A DNA stretch of 64,000 nt from a virus: IMG/VR virus record IMGVR_UViG_3300045988_170943, positions 128,001 to 192,000 of that record; one strand, 5' to 3'. Positions within the stretch are counted from its first letter, which is position 1, and each line of letters opens with the position of its first letter. A program made the translations under genes and the position numbers. This document shows, piece after piece, positions 1-10,708 of this stretch. The notes below the pieces were generated by a model. It was given only the letters and a program-made list of their open reading frames with translations, was not told the DNA's origin and made no database searches.

Positions 1-1
1 G

Positions 2-637
2 GTGTGGGAGGTCGCCCTTGGTGGCGGTGAGACCACCTCACATCCTGAGTTCGTGAGGATTCTAAAGATTTTTCGGGACAATGGTGTGGTTCCGAATTTC
101 ACGACCAAGTTGCCTGCTGCTGTGCGCAAGTTCTGGCCTGAGATTAAGGACCTGATTGGTGGCTTCGCGTATAGCGCTGAGACTCCTGCTCAGATTCGCT
201 CTGCCGCCAAGTTGCTGCGGGATGTTCCAGCAGGTAAGGCATCGTTGCACTATGTGATGGGTCTTGGGGACCGTGAGTCGTTCATGGAGTACATGAGAGC
301 CGCAGACGAGGTAGGCTGGCGAGTCACGCTCCTGGGGTACAAGACCTCTGGTCGAGGTAAGGATGTGGTTCCATATCCTTATGACTGGTGGATCGATGCA
401 GTGGACGAGTTGATCGCTGAGGGCAGGTGCCCGTCTTTCTCGATTGACACTCCGCTGGCCGATCAGTTCGCTGGAAGGATGCCGGTTGAGGGCTTCATGT
501 ACCACCGTCATGAGGGTAAGTTCTCCGTCTTTGTTGATGCGGTGGAGATGAAGATGGGTGCCTCCTCCTTTGAGGACAAGGATTCGCTAGTTCCATTCGC
601 TCAGGGGACGTGGCTGAGGGAGTTCAGGAAGTTCTGA
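2..637 (+). CDS. 5'-truncated ORF (runs off window start); possible radical-SAM-like C-terminal half (GGGET..NFTT resembles the GGEP / ..ETxG motifs of QueE/NrdG-type enzymes)
   Basis: Long ORF with coding-like composition; weak motif resemblance only. Confidence 0.3.
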   Translation: MWEVALGGGETTSHPEFVRILKIFRDNGVVPNFTTKLPAAVRKFWPEIKDLIGGFAYSAETPAQIRSAAKLLRDVPAGKASLHYVMGLGDRESFMEYMRAADEVGWRVTLLGYKTSGRGKDVVPYPYDWWIDAVDELIAEGRCPSFSIDTPLADQFAGRMPVEGFMYHRHEGKFSVFVDAVEMKMGASSFEDKDSLVPFAQGTWLREFRKF

Positions 638-689
638 ATCAAGCGGGGAGTAGGACACCCATCTGATCGTCTCTAACACCAACCAAGCG

Positions 690-753
690 CAGAATCAGGT
701 CTGATTAACTTTCTGTACTCAGGGAAGTATGATCAGACCTGATTCTGATTTTG
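690..753 (+). terminator. 16-bp perfect inverted repeat (690-705 / 732-747, 26-nt loop) followed by ATTTTG; candidate terminator or regulatory hairpin between upstream gene and pilus locus
   Basis: cagaatcaggtctgat ... atcagacctgattctg seen directly. Confidence 0.4.
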
Positions 754-839
754 CGTCTGCTATGTATTGTGCCTGCTTGAAGCCCCGCCTTAAACCAATC
801 GTGCAAATATATGTAAGGGGTTGCAGGCGCGTTTTCATT

Positions 840-899
840 AAGTGTTTCCGTAGTTTTTGTTGAGATGAAGCCGTTTTCGTGATCGAAGTGTTTCCTTAG
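840..899 (+). promoter_or_regulatory. Direct repeat AAGTGTTTCC(G/T)TAG x2 (840-853, 886-899) in the lower-GC leader upstream of the major pilin; candidate regulator-binding sites or promoter region
   Basis: 13/14 identical 14-mers spaced 46 bp; lies in a 390-bp intergenic leader, followed by a TACAAT -10-like box at 927-932 and an AGGAGA RBS before the ATG at 1025. Confidence 0.3.
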
Positions 900-1024
900 C
901 GTTACCGTTCATGCAAGATATTGGGCTACAATCATCACCGAGTATCATGCTTGTGGCGACCGCAGAGCAAAAGCACCACACGTATGGAACATTTTTCGAG
1001 AACTCTACCTAGGAGATACGCAAT

Positions 1025-2668
1025 ATGATGAGGTCATTCAGGAAGGCATGTCTTGCAGGAGCACTGACAATGGCCGCCTGTGGTGCTGCTGTTCCGGCTG
1101 TCGCTGCTGACAATGACGCTATTGTCCCGGATGCTTCACGGCAGGCCACTCTGGACATCCACAAGTTGAGTGGCACTGAGTCCACTACTCGTGCTGACGG
1201 TACGGCTCTCGCCCCTGAGGAGGTTGCCAAGTATGGTAAGCCCATGGGTGGGGTCGTCTTTGACGTGTACAAGGTGTCTGGTATTGACGTCTCGACCAAT
1301 GAGGGGCTGAAGGTCGCTGAGAAGATCCATGAGCGCAAGGTCACTGCTGCTGACGTGACGGCCGGGAAGATCTCGGTTGATGGTCAGGACTACGCTCTGG
1401 TCAAGGAGGCCCAGTCGGTGACAACTGGCGAGGACGGCTCTGGTCAGGGAACCTATGGGCTGGGTGTCTACGTCGTGGCCGAGAACCTGGCAAACTCCAC
1501 CCCGACCGTTGACGGTGCTGCTGTGGGTAAGGACAAGGTTACCCCGAGTGCCCCTTTCCTTGTCTCTCTGCCGATGACGAACACGAATGGTCGCTCTGAG
1601 TGGATGTATGACGTGGATGTCTACCCGAAGAACCAGGTTGACGAAATCACCAAGAGCGTCAGTGACGGCAAGGTCGGAACACAGAACCAGGACGGCTACC
1701 GGGTTGGCGAGAAGATCACCTACAGCCTGAACTCGACTGTCCTGGTGGGCGACAAGAATGGTGACGGCACGGTTGACGGGGCCGATTTCGGTGGCGTCTA
1801 TCAGATCACTGACACCCTGGACGCCAACCTGTCTTTTGAGAGCGAGACGGTCACTCTGACGAGTGCCGCTGGCGTGTCTGAGGTGCTGACCAAGGGCGCT
1901 GACTACACCGTGGCTAGTGCTGGCAACCAGGTGACTGTGTCCATGACTGAGCAGGGGCTCGGAAAGTTGACTAAGGTCTCTGGTGGCAGCGTGACCACTG
2001 ACCTTGTGGCCCGTGTCGCTACTATGCCAGCCAATGGTATTGTTGAGAACCAGGCCGCTTTCGTACCAAACAACACGTGGAAGACCAGCCACCCCGAGCC
2101 AGGCATCTCCTCTAACAAGGTCACCTCCAAGTATGGTGACATCGTGATCCACAAGACTAACAAGTATGGTGACAATCTTTCTGGTGCCGTGTTCAAGGTG
2201 TTCCGCGCAACCAATGGGACCACCTGTGATGTTGAGGCGCTTAAGGGTGACCCGGTTGCTACCTCCAGTCCGACTGATGCTGCTGGTCTGACCAAGTTGA
2301 GCGGACTCCAGTTGTCCAACTTCTATGACGGTGCCGATCAGGCCAACCTTCACTCCTACTGCCTGGTTGAGTCCACCGCCCCGGACGGGTACACGCTTCT
2401 GGCTAAGCCGGTCAAGTTCGACCTGACTGCTGCTGGTTCCGTGACTGACCTGTCTGCCGCACTGGGTGATGGTGTTGACGCCAACACTGAGGATCTGACC
2501 GGCCGCAACGTCCACATCACTAACGTCAAGAAGGGTGAGTTGCCTCTGACTGGTGCCCAGGGCGTGGCTCTGCTGGCAACCATCTCCATCATCCTCGCTG
2601 GTGTCGGTACTGGCCTGGTGATCTCCAGCCGCAAGAAGGCAAAGGCGGCCGAGGTCGCCACTGACTGA
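1025..2668 (+). CDS. Sortase-assembled major pilin (backbone subunit): signal peptide, pilin motif WMYDVDVYPKN, E-box YCLVESTAPDGY, LPLTG sorting signal plus hydrophobic anchor and a KKAK tail
   Basis: Canonical Gram-positive pilin motifs read directly from the translation. Confidence 0.85.
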   Translation: MMRSFRKACLAGALTMAACGAAVPAVAADNDAIVPDASRQATLDIHKLSGTESTTRADGTALAPEEVAKYGKPMGGVVFDVYKVSGIDVSTNEGLKVAEKIHERKVTAADVTAGKISVDGQDYALVKEAQSVTTGEDGSGQGTYGLGVYVVAENLANSTPTVDGAAVGKDKVTPSAPFLVSLPMTNTNGRSEWMYDVDVYPKNQVDEITKSVSDGKVGTQNQDGYRVGEKITYSLNSTVLVGDKNGDGTVDGADFGGVYQITDTLDANLSFESETVTLTSAAGVSEVLTKGADYTVASAGNQVTVSMTEQGLGKLTKVSGGSVTTDLVARVATMPANGIVENQAAFVPNNTWKTSHPEPGISSNKVTSKYGDIVIHKTNKYGDNLSGAVFKVFRATNGTTCDVEALKGDPVATSSPTDAAGLTKLSGLQLSNFYDGADQANLHSYCLVESTAPDGYTLLAKPVKFDLTAAGSVTDLSAALGDGVDANTEDLTGRNVHITNVKKGELPLTGAQGVALLATISIILAGVGTGLVISSRKKAKAAEVATD

Positions 2669-2828
2669 CTAGCGTGAGCCCTCCTGTGGTGTTGGCAAAC
2701 GGTTCAGCCTGTGTCAAGAACACGACTCGGGCCTGTCTGCCAGCACCACAGGGGTGTAAGACGCTGAGAACCCATAAGAAGAACTTCAAGAACAACTGAC
2801 CCTTACTTTTCTGGGGAGAGAAAGAACC

Positions 2829-5800
2829 TTGAACAGGATTACTGAGACCTTGAAGAGCCTCGGAGGCATGAAGACCGGGCGGGCACTGTCAACAGCAGTG
2901 GTTGTCGCCCTGGTCGTTGTCGCTGGCTTTGTGGTTGGCCCTTTGAGGGCTGCTGACCTTACCGAGTTGCTGCTGTTTGACCCAAGTACGGGGGCGGTTA
3001 CTGGTCTCACTGAGGAAGGCAAGACCCAGTTCAAGGATGCTGTGGATCTGAGTATTCCTGGCGAGATCAATGGGGTCAAGGTGACTGCCATTGGGGACAG
3101 TGCTTTCAAGGCGATGAAGTTCAAGAAGGTGACCCTGCCTGAGAGCGTGACCACCTTGGGTGAGTACGCTTTCTATGGAAACGGCATCAGTGAGTTGTCT
3201 GCCCCAGGTGTGACGACTGTCAAGGCTCATGCGTTGCAGTTGAATGCTTTGAAGTCGTTCACCTCGAAGACTCTCTCTGAGATTGGTGACAGTGCTTTCG
3301 CCCAGAACGCCTTGACTAGCGTGGATCTGGCTCAGGCACCTGCAACCGTTATTGGTGAGTCGGCGTTCAAGGACAACAAGATCTCTTCCCTGTCGCTGCC
3401 GTCTGGTGTCGCCACGATCAAGGCTGGTGCCTTCTCCAGCAACTCCCTGACCTCTGTGACCCTGCCTGAGAGCGTGCAGGAGGTTAGTGACAAGGCGTTC
3501 TCCAGCAACTCTGTCCAGGAGGTCACTGTTGGTACGAACGTCTCCTCATGGGGCTCTGAGGTGTTCTCTGGGGCTGGACGTTACGTCAAGGTTGTCACTG
3601 AGAACCCGAACATCATCACTCAGGGGTACTCTGATGGTTTTGGGCAGGTCGTCAACCCTGTCACGGTTCGCCTGCACCTGAAGGATGCCGCCACCGGGCA
3701 GGAGATTGCCTCTACTGTCACTATGGGGCAGGATCTCACCAAGCAGGGTGAGGTCTTTGGTAGGGGCGCTCAGGCCAGGGTCACTGCACCTGAGATTGAC
3801 GGCTACAAGGCCAACAATGCTTTCGTTGACTTCACTCCAGATAGCGACCCTTACGATGTTGATGTGGCGTACACCAAGGGTGGCGGCAACCCTGTCATTA
3901 CGGTGGCCGGTAAGTCCAAGTCGTTCAAGCAGGGGCAGCAGGTCACCAAGGCAGACCTGTTGAAGGATGTCTCCGCTACCGATGTCAACGGGCAGAACAT
4001 CACGTCCAGTATCACGGTTGAGCCTGAGACGCTGGACACCAGCACTCCTGGCACCAAGGATGTCTTCTACACTGTGACCGACTCTCAGGGCAACCAGACC
4101 ATCAAGAAGGTTGTTGTCGCTGTTGGCACTGACTTCGGTGAGATCGAGATGTGCAACGGCTGGAAGGTCAAGGACTTCGCGTTTGACGGGACAGCAGTCA
4201 TTGGTCTGAGCAGTTCCGGTCAGGCCAAGGTTCGTTCTGGGAACACCAAGGTCTGTTTCCCCAGTGTCACTAAGGACGGCAGGACCGTTGAGTCTATCGG
4301 CAGTGGCGACACTCCGTCATACCAGTATTTGACGAACGGTATCACCGCTGTTGAAGACTGGGGGAGCGCAACTAGCATCAAGAAGGGTTTCTTCTCTGAC
4401 CTGAGCCACCTTGAGAGCCTTCCTGAGACCTGGGGAAACATCACCAGCATCGGCAAGAGCGCTTTTGAGGGCGCCAGCAATCTGACATCTATCCCTAAGA
4501 CATGGGGTAAGGTGACATCTCTTGGTGACGGGGCCTTCAACCGTGCTGGACTTACCAAGATCCCTGAACAGTGGCCTGCCGGGATGACCTATCTCCCTAA
4601 GGATGTCTTCAAGAGCAACAAGATCAAGTCTGTTCCCGACTCCTGGGGTGACATCAAGGACATTGGTAACGGTGCTTTCGGGTACCAGAACCTCACTGCC
4701 GATGACACGTTCAAGGTCCCGAACTGGACTGGTATCACCAGTATCGGTGATCAGGCTTTCGCTAGTACCTCATACAGTCGGGCAAAGATGGATCTCCCGG
4801 CCTCTTTCGAGACGGTCAAGTCTATTGGCTGGGCTGCGTTCGAGTACGCCAAGGGTGTTGAGGACAAGATCACTGACTGGGGTGATGTTGAGAACATTGG
4901 AGCCAACGCCTTCTACCGCTCTGACCTGACATCTCTGCCTGACTCCTGGGGCAAGGTGAACAAACTTGGGCAAGAGGCTTTTGCTGAGACCAGAATCTCC
5001 AAGATCCCAGACAACTGGGGTGGCATCACGACCATTCCGAACGGACTCTTCTCCAATGTCTACGATTTGACAACCATTCCGTCTTCCTGGGGTAATGTCA
5101 CCAAGATTGATGACTACGCTTTCAGCAAGACGAGGATCACTGAGATTCCTGACTCCTGGGGTGAGGTCACCTGGATCGGTAACGGGGCACTGAACACGTC
5201 TGACGGCAGCAACTCCAACAACGGCACCATCACCAAGGTTCCTCCTTCTTGGGGTAAGGTGAACGTCATCCGTAGTTACGCCATCAACTCGGCAGTGTCC
5301 TCCTACCCGAGCGACTGGTCTGGTATCCGCCTGGTTGAGGAGTGGGCTCTGCGAAGCAAGAACCAGAAGTCAGCCCAGATCGTGACCGCCTCTGACGCCC
5401 TGCTGTCTCGTGAGCGCCCCAAGCGTGAGGGTGGGTACACTGGTGACACCAACCAGAAGGTGTACATGTACCCTGCTGACGGTACATTCCCAGACAACAT
5501 GCCTGCCGACACGGACAACATCTTCGCTGGCCCAACGTTCGCTAAGGTCCGTTACGTTGATGAGAACGGGAACGACATTCGCCCTGCTGTCAGCACGAAG
5601 ATGTACCCTCGTGGTACCGTGATTAAGCCCGTCAGCGTGTACGGTTTCGAGACCCCTGGTGACTACACTGTTCCTGTGTCCACCAGCGCTGACGAGAAGG
5701 AGATCGTCTTCACCTACAAGCGCAGTGGGCCTGTGGAGCAGAAGACCAGTATCAGTATCTCCAAGACCTACACTGACTCGAAGACTGGTGTGACCACTGA

Positions 5801-8800
5801 CACTGCCCCGACCGTGAATGCTGGGGCTGAGGAACTTGCTGTCACAGTCAAGATTGGTAACAGTGGCGCTAACGCTGAGGACATCCCTGAGGACACGACT
5901 ATCCGTATCCCTATCTCTGACGCCATGACCTTCAGTGGTATTGGTCAGGCTGACAGGGTGAAGTCTGCGAAGGTTGTTGGTAGCGAGATTGTCATGACCT
6001 TGAAGGCTCTCCCTAAGGGCACTGACTTCTCTGTTCCGGTCAGGTTCAGGTTCAACCGGTACAAGACTGCCGCCAACACCGCATACCCGATGAGTGCGAC
6101 CATGGTGTACCCGGACGACACTGCCAGGGGGCAGAGCAACACTGTTGACATCTACTCCCGGTATGAGAACCCTGAGATGCGGAAGGGGACCGTGGAGAAC
6201 GGCAACGAGACGAACATGAAGTGGGATGGTTACCTTGTTGACGACTATACCGCTAACGCTGACGGGTCTGTTGCTTCCGGGGACGCGGCGAAGAACTACC
6301 TCACCTACACCTTCTATGTAACTAACCTGCACCGTAACATTGGGGCATGGGAGGTCACCGACACTCTGCCCACCTACAAGAAGGCTGACGGCAGTGAAGC
6401 GAAGGCGGTCTTTGATCCTGCACTCAACCCTGGGTGGTCGCTCTCTGACGACGGGACCACAGCCGTCTACCGTGGGAGTGAGGCCATCTTGGACACTGAC
6501 TCCAAGTTGCTTCCTGTTACCCTGAGGCTGCGTTACCCTGACGCTGCCAATGGGGCCAACATCAAGAACTCTGCTGACATCCGGCTCACACCCCACAACA
6601 AGGGTGCCGCTGAGAAGGACCTGCACGCTGGCAACAGCATCACCAACTCTTTCGTGAAGTTCCCCGAGTACAAGAGCACTGGTGACGACTACGGGTCTGA
6701 CAAGTACGCCAGCGGACCCGAGTGTGTTCGTGCCCGCGAGTGCTTCTTCTCCGACACGACACGTGGACGGAACATGGAGCAGAAATGGAACTTGGTGGCC
6801 TACTCCAAGGGTGAGTCCACACCAAGGTTCACTGACCATGACCTGGATCCGAGGCTTCGCTACACCGCTCTAACCAACATCTCTGCCCACGGGAACCACA
6901 GGGGCAAGTCACACCCTGACACCCTTGATAGCGCTGACGTGATGGTGGTTGATCAGGAGGGCGCAACCCTGTGGACGGCCAAGATGCCTGCCGCCGGGTC
7001 CAGGCTGGACATCCCTGAAGAGTACACGACCGGCCAGGTGAGTATCATCATCAAGGCGAACAAGAAGATGAAGAACTCCACTGCTGCTGTCATTGTCCAC
7101 ACTGAGTTGCGTGACAAGGCCAGCAAGGTTGTCACGGATGACCCGACAACAGCGATCATGCGTAACCAGGTCACTACCGAGATGGATGGTGGCTACAAGG
7201 TGACCCGTGAGGCCAACCTGAGAGTGATCCCTGAGTCCAGGAAGATCACTGCCACCAAGACCTCATCTTTCGCCTCCCCAACGGTCACAGGCGACACTGG
7301 CTCCTACAATGTTGGTTTCAAGACCGACGAGGGATTCGGGGCAACCATTGAGAACTTCCGCATGGTTGACCTACTCCCCGCTGGCCTGTCCGTGGTGGAC
7401 TACACGATGTCCAACACCTTCGAGCAGTCACCTGGCGCAAGAGTTGAGGCGGTATCCAACTACAATGGCACTGGTCGTACTGCTGTCATCTGGACTGCTG
7501 ACTCTGTTCCAGCATCCGCTGTGACGAACAACACGATGGCTGTGGGTGCTATCACTGCCAAGGTCTCTGGTGAGGCCGCCACGGGGCGCATCACCAACGA
7601 CGTGTACCTGACCTCCACTACTGAGGATATGGTTTACGGCAACAAGGTTGATAACCCTCCTGCCGGTAACGGAACCTGGTCCAAGGCTGAGGTGAGCGAC
7701 CCTATGCTGGCTGCTGAGGACCTGTCCACGGTCAAGGAGATCCGTAACCTTGGTGGGGCCTGGTCCAAGGACATCACCACCTATGCTGGTGAGCAGTTCG
7801 AGTACCGGCTTGCTGCGTCCAACATGACGAACACGAACCGGACGAACCCCGTGTTCTACGACTTCTTCCCGCACGTTGGAGACACCTCCGTCACTGGTGA
7901 CCCCAGGCTTTCGGAGTTCGCCAACACATGGGACCTGACCCGCCAGCCTGTCCTGCCTGACGGGTGGCGTATCCAGTACCTCAACACTGACGACAACCCG
8001 CCTGTTGTGACGCAGAGCAACCGCGATTCTGTTCTGGAGTCGCTGAACTGGTCGGACACTCCTGCCGCTAACACGAAGGGGATCCGGGTTTCTGGTCCTG
8101 TTATTGAGGCGAGGACTACCGCTGAGGTGATCCTTCCGATGAAGGCACCTGAGGAGCATGTTGAGGGTATTGCTCCGCTGCCGTACAAGAACCTGTACAA
8201 GGTGGCGCGGAACACGTTCATGTATGATGATGACCAGTCACCTTTCCTGCTGGAGCCTGCTGGTGTCGTCAACCGCATGGACGCCCCTGGTGCCGACATC
8301 AAGTTCAAGAAGGTGTCAAACTTCCCTGGCGGGCCTCTTGCTGGAGCCAAGTTCGTTCTCAAGGACGACAAGGGCAAGACGATTGGTTCTGCTACCTCAG
8401 GTAAGGACGGTATGGTGAAGTTCGTCAACAAGCGAATCAAGCCAGGATACACCATCACTGAGATTCACGCCCCTAAGGGGTACAAGGCCACCTCCAAGCC
8501 GATTACGATTGGTGCCGACAAGTTCACCAACATGGTTGGACGTACCTATGTGATCGATCTGGGTGAGATGTCCAACTCAAAGATCTGGGCTCCGATCAAG
8601 CCGATGACTGGTGAGGTTCGTTTCGCAAAGATCGGTAAGGGCGAGATCCCCCTTCCTGGGGCAACCTTCCAGTTGAAGGGTACATCTGGTGCCACCAGTG
8701 GGCTCACCTACACTGCTGTGTCGAACAGCAAGGGCACGGTCTCCTTCAAGAACGTTCCTCTGGGCCGTTACTCGGTCAGTGAGGTGTCTGCTCCAGGTCG

Positions 8801-10697
8801 TTTCGTGAAGACCGACCGCACCTGGGATGTTACTCTGACCAAGGCCAACAAGGCTGTTGTTCCTGACGGTATGCCCACCTCTGGTGTCATCAACGATAGG
8901 GTGAACGTCCGGCTGGTGAAGATTGGTGTGACTGAGGAGAACACAAACAAGAAACTGGGTGAGTACACTGCCAACGATGGGACGAAGGTTCCTGGAATCT
9001 CGTTCGACGTGCTGGACCCGGCTGGTAAGGTCGTCGCCTCTGGAACCACGGGCGCTCTGTGGAGTGGCAACGATGGTGTTCTGGAGATGAAGAACCTTGA
9101 GGCTGGTGTCGTCTACACCCTCAAGGAGAAGAGTAACAACCCCCGGTATGTGAACTTCCTGGGCGACATGAGGTTCCAGGTCTCTCCGACCGGTGAACTG
9201 CTGGACGCTGACGGAAACAAGATGAAGATCCAGTCCGACCTGTATGTCCCGAACCTGCTGAAGAGCGTGCCATCCCAGGTGGTCATCACCAAGCACAAGG
9301 ACGGCGACAAGACGGTCAAGGTCGAGGGCACCGAGTTCACTCTCTACAGCCTTGACTCCACTGGGGCATGGGTTGCTGAGCGTACCGCGACAACTAGCCA
9401 GGATGGTACCGTGTCGTTCACTGGTCTCACTGGGAGCAAGTACAAGATCACTGAGACGAAGGCCGCCAAGGGGTACCTGAACGACGGCTGGAGCCAGGTC
9501 GTCACAACTGACCCGAACAGGGCGAAGACGTTCTCCTATGAGGTTGCTGACCGTGCCGTGAAGGCGAAGGTCGTCAAGACCGAGACCCTTGGTACTGGCC
9601 TGTCTCAGGTGCAGGCTGAGCGGCTGGTGAGCCTGTCTGGTAAGCCTGGGCGGGTCGTGCAGGATGGTTCCACCTACCGTGCTGAACTGCTGCTGCCTGG
9701 TGCCGAGTTCGACATCAAGGACGCCAGCGGAACAGTGATTGAGCACGTGATCACTGTTCAGGACGGTACCGCTGAGGTCACGTCAGTTCTAGATGAGAAG
9801 GAGACCTACACGGCTGTTGAGACGAAGGCCCCATACGGGTACTCGATCAAGGGCACTGGCTCCAAGTCGTTCCGGGCTGCTGACTATGCTGCTAGGAGTG
9901 ACTTCAAGGGCACTATTGACGTGTCTGTGGACAACTTCAAGGAGCATGGTCGTATCACTGTCTCCAAGATTGACGCCACCACTGGTAAGGCCCTGGCTGG
10001 TGCTGGTTTCGACATCAAGGACCACAATGGTAAGGTTGTCAGGTCTGTTGTAACTGACTCCACAGGAATCTCCAGTATCACTGGTCTGGAGTTCGGATCC
10101 TACACTGTGACTGAGACCGCTGCACCAAAGGGCTACAGGCTAGATCCTGAGCCGAAGCCTGTGACTGTGACCCCAGAGGACGCTAACGGCCAGGTCGTTG
10201 TCAAGGACTCACCAGCGTTGACATCCTTCAGTTTCACGAAGGTCAACACTGCTGGTAACCCGCTCGCTGACGCCGAGTTCAACCTGGTCAAGGACTGCAC
10301 TGGTGTCCAGGACTGTGCTCCGTATGAGACGACTCTGAAGTCCGACAGCAAGGGCAACGTCAAGGTGAGCAACGTGGAGACAGGCCGCGTCTACACGCTC
10401 ACCGAGGTCAAGGCCCCTGAGGGCTACAACCTCCTGAGCGAGCCAGTTAAGGTCACTGTCGGGTCTGATGGTGTGCAGGCAGTCTCCAAACAGTCTGGTG
10501 CCGTGTTTGACGCCAGCCAGACCGGACAGGACGGCGACAGCCACTTCACGGTCGTCAACTACACTGAGGGGCAACTCCCCTTGACCGGTTCACCTTTGAC
10601 GGACTGGTGGAAGGTGTGGACAACCACTGGGGCTCTGGTACTTGCCGCTGGCACGGCGTTGGTGTATGCTTGGTCGCTGAGACGTCGAGAGAACTGA
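2829..10697 (+). CDS. Giant (2622 aa) LPXTG-anchored tip pilin / adhesin. It has an N-terminal signal or TM segment, about 20 BspA-type leucine-rich repeats (WGxITSIGxxAF...LTxIP), a long beta-rich middle and about 8 tandem Cna-B/SpaA-like isopeptide domains, and ends in LPLTG plus an anchor
   Basis: LRR periodicity near 4.3-5.3 kb; repeated (KF..K.G..Y.I.E..AP.GY) Cna-B-like units near 8.2-10.5 kb; C-terminal LPLTG; TTG start with a GGGGAGAG RBS. Confidence 0.8.
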   Translation: MNRITETLKSLGGMKTGRALSTAVVVALVVVAGFVVGPLRAADLTELLLFDPSTGAVTGLTEEGKTQFKDAVDLSIPGEINGVKVTAIGDSAFKAMKFKKVTLPESVTTLGEYAFYGNGISELSAPGVTTVKAHALQLNALKSFTSKTLSEIGDSAFAQNALTSVDLAQAPATVIGESAFKDNKISSLSLPSGVATIKAGAFSSNSLTSVTLPESVQEVSDKAFSSNSVQEVTVGTNVSSWGSEVFSGAGRYVKVVTENPNIITQGYSDGFGQVVNPVTVRLHLKDAATGQEIASTVTMGQDLTKQGEVFGRGAQARVTAPEIDGYKANNAFVDFTPDSDPYDVDVAYTKGGGNPVITVAGKSKSFKQGQQVTKADLLKDVSATDVNGQNITSSITVEPETLDTSTPGTKDVFYTVTDSQGNQTIKKVVVAVGTDFGEIEMCNGWKVKDFAFDGTAVIGLSSSGQAKVRSGNTKVCFPSVTKDGRTVESIGSGDTPSYQYLTNGITAVEDWGSATSIKKGFFSDLSHLESLPETWGNITSIGKSAFEGASNLTSIPKTWGKVTSLGDGAFNRAGLTKIPEQWPAGMTYLPKDVFKSNKIKSVPDSWGDIKDIGNGAFGYQNLTADDTFKVPNWTGITSIGDQAFASTSYSRAKMDLPASFETVKSIGWAAFEYAKGVEDKITDWGDVENIGANAFYRSDLTSLPDSWGKVNKLGQEAFAETRISKIPDNWGGITTIPNGLFSNVYDLTTIPSSWGNVTKIDDYAFSKTRITEIPDSWGEVTWIGNGALNTSDGSNSNNGTITKVPPSWGKVNVIRSYAINSAVSSYPSDWSGIRLVEEWALRSKNQKSAQIVTASDALLSRERPKREGGYTGDTNQKVYMYPADGTFPDNMPADTDNIFAGPTFAKVRYVDENGNDIRPAVSTKMYPRGTVIKPVSVYGFETPGDYTVPVSTSADEKEIVFTYKRSGPVEQKTSISISKTYTDSKTGVTTDTAPTVNAGAEELAVTVKIGNSGANAEDIPEDTTIRIPISDAMTFSGIGQADRVKSAKVVGSEIVMTLKALPKGTDFSVPVRFRFNRYKTAANTAYPMSATMVYPDDTARGQSNTVDIYSRYENPEMRKGTVENGNETNMKWDGYLVDDYTANADGSVASGDAAKNYLTYTFYVTNLHRNIGAWEVTDTLPTYKKADGSEAKAVFDPALNPGWSLSDDGTTAVYRGSEAILDTDSKLLPVTLRLRYPDAANGANIKNSADIRLTPHNKGAAEKDLHAGNSITNSFVKFPEYKSTGDDYGSDKYASGPECVRARECFFSDTTRGRNMEQKWNLVAYSKGESTPRFTDHDLDPRLRYTALTNISAHGNHRGKSHPDTLDSADVMVVDQEGATLWTAKMPAAGSRLDIPEEYTTGQVSIIIKANKKMKNSTAAVIVHTELRDKASKVVTDDPTTAIMRNQVTTEMDGGYKVTREANLRVIPESRKITATKTSSFASPTVTGDTGSYNVGFKTDEGFGATIENFRMVDLLPAGLSVVDYTMSNTFEQSPGARVEAVSNYNGTGRTAVIWTADSVPASAVTNNTMAVGAITAKVSGEAATGRITNDVYLTSTTEDMVYGNKVDNPPAGNGTWSKAEVSDPMLAAEDLSTVKEIRNLGGAWSKDITTYAGEQFEYRLAASNMTNTNRTNPVFYDFFPHVGDTSVTGDPRLSEFANTWDLTRQPVLPDGWRIQYLNTDDNPPVVTQSNRDSVLESLNWSDTPAANTKGIRVSGPVIEARTTAEVILPMKAPEEHVEGIAPLPYKNLYKVARNTFMYDDDQSPFLLEPAGVVNRMDAPGADIKFKKVSNFPGGPLAGAKFVLKDDKGKTIGSATSGKDGMVKFVNKRIKPGYTITEIHAPKGYKATSKPITIGADKFTNMVGRTYVIDLGEMSNSKIWAPIKPMTGEVRFAKIGKGEIPLPGATFQLKGTSGATSGLTYTAVSNSKGTVSFKNVPLGRYSVSEVSAPGRFVKTDRTWDVTLTKANKAVVPDGMPTSGVINDRVNVRLVKIGVTEENTNKKLGEYTANDGTKVPGISFDVLDPAGKVVASGTTGALWSGNDGVLEMKNLEAGVVYTLKEKSNNPRYVNFLGDMRFQVSPTGELLDADGNKMKIQSDLYVPNLLKSVPSQVVITKHKDGDKTVKVEGTEFTLYSLDSTGAWVAERTATTSQDGTVSFTGLTGSKYKITETKAAKGYLNDGWSQVVTTDPNRAKTFSYEVADRAVKAKVVKTETLGTGLSQVQAERLVSLSGKPGRVVQDGSTYRAELLLPGAEFDIKDASGTVIEHVITVQDGTAEVTSVLDEKETYTAVETKAPYGYSIKGTGSKSFRAADYAARSDFKGTIDVSVDNFKEHGRITVSKIDATTGKALAGAGFDIKDHNGKVVRSVVTDSTGISSITGLEFGSYTVTETAAPKGYRLDPEPKPVTVTPEDANGQVVVKDSPALTSFSFTKVNTAGNPLADAEFNLVKDCTGVQDCAPYETTLKSDSKGNVKVSNVETGRVYTLTEVKAPEGYNLLSEPVKVTVGSDGVQAVSKQSGAVFDASQTGQDGDSHFTVVNYTEGQLPLTGSPLTDWWKVWTTTGALVLAAGTALVYAWSLRRREN

Positions 10698-10708
10698 GGA
10701 ATCTCTAG

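Noticed and set aside
1136-2515. 459-aa minus-strand ORF antisense to the major pilin gene
   Set aside because: Low-complexity Arg/Gly/Val-rich translation typical of antisense frames in high-GC DNA; the + strand gene has clear pilin motifs.
5370-6839. 489-aa minus-strand ORF inside the tip-adhesin gene, plus others such as 7428-8159 and 8577-9746
   Set aside because: Antisense to a well-supported 7.9-kb CDS with LRR and Cna-B repeats; no start or RBS context.
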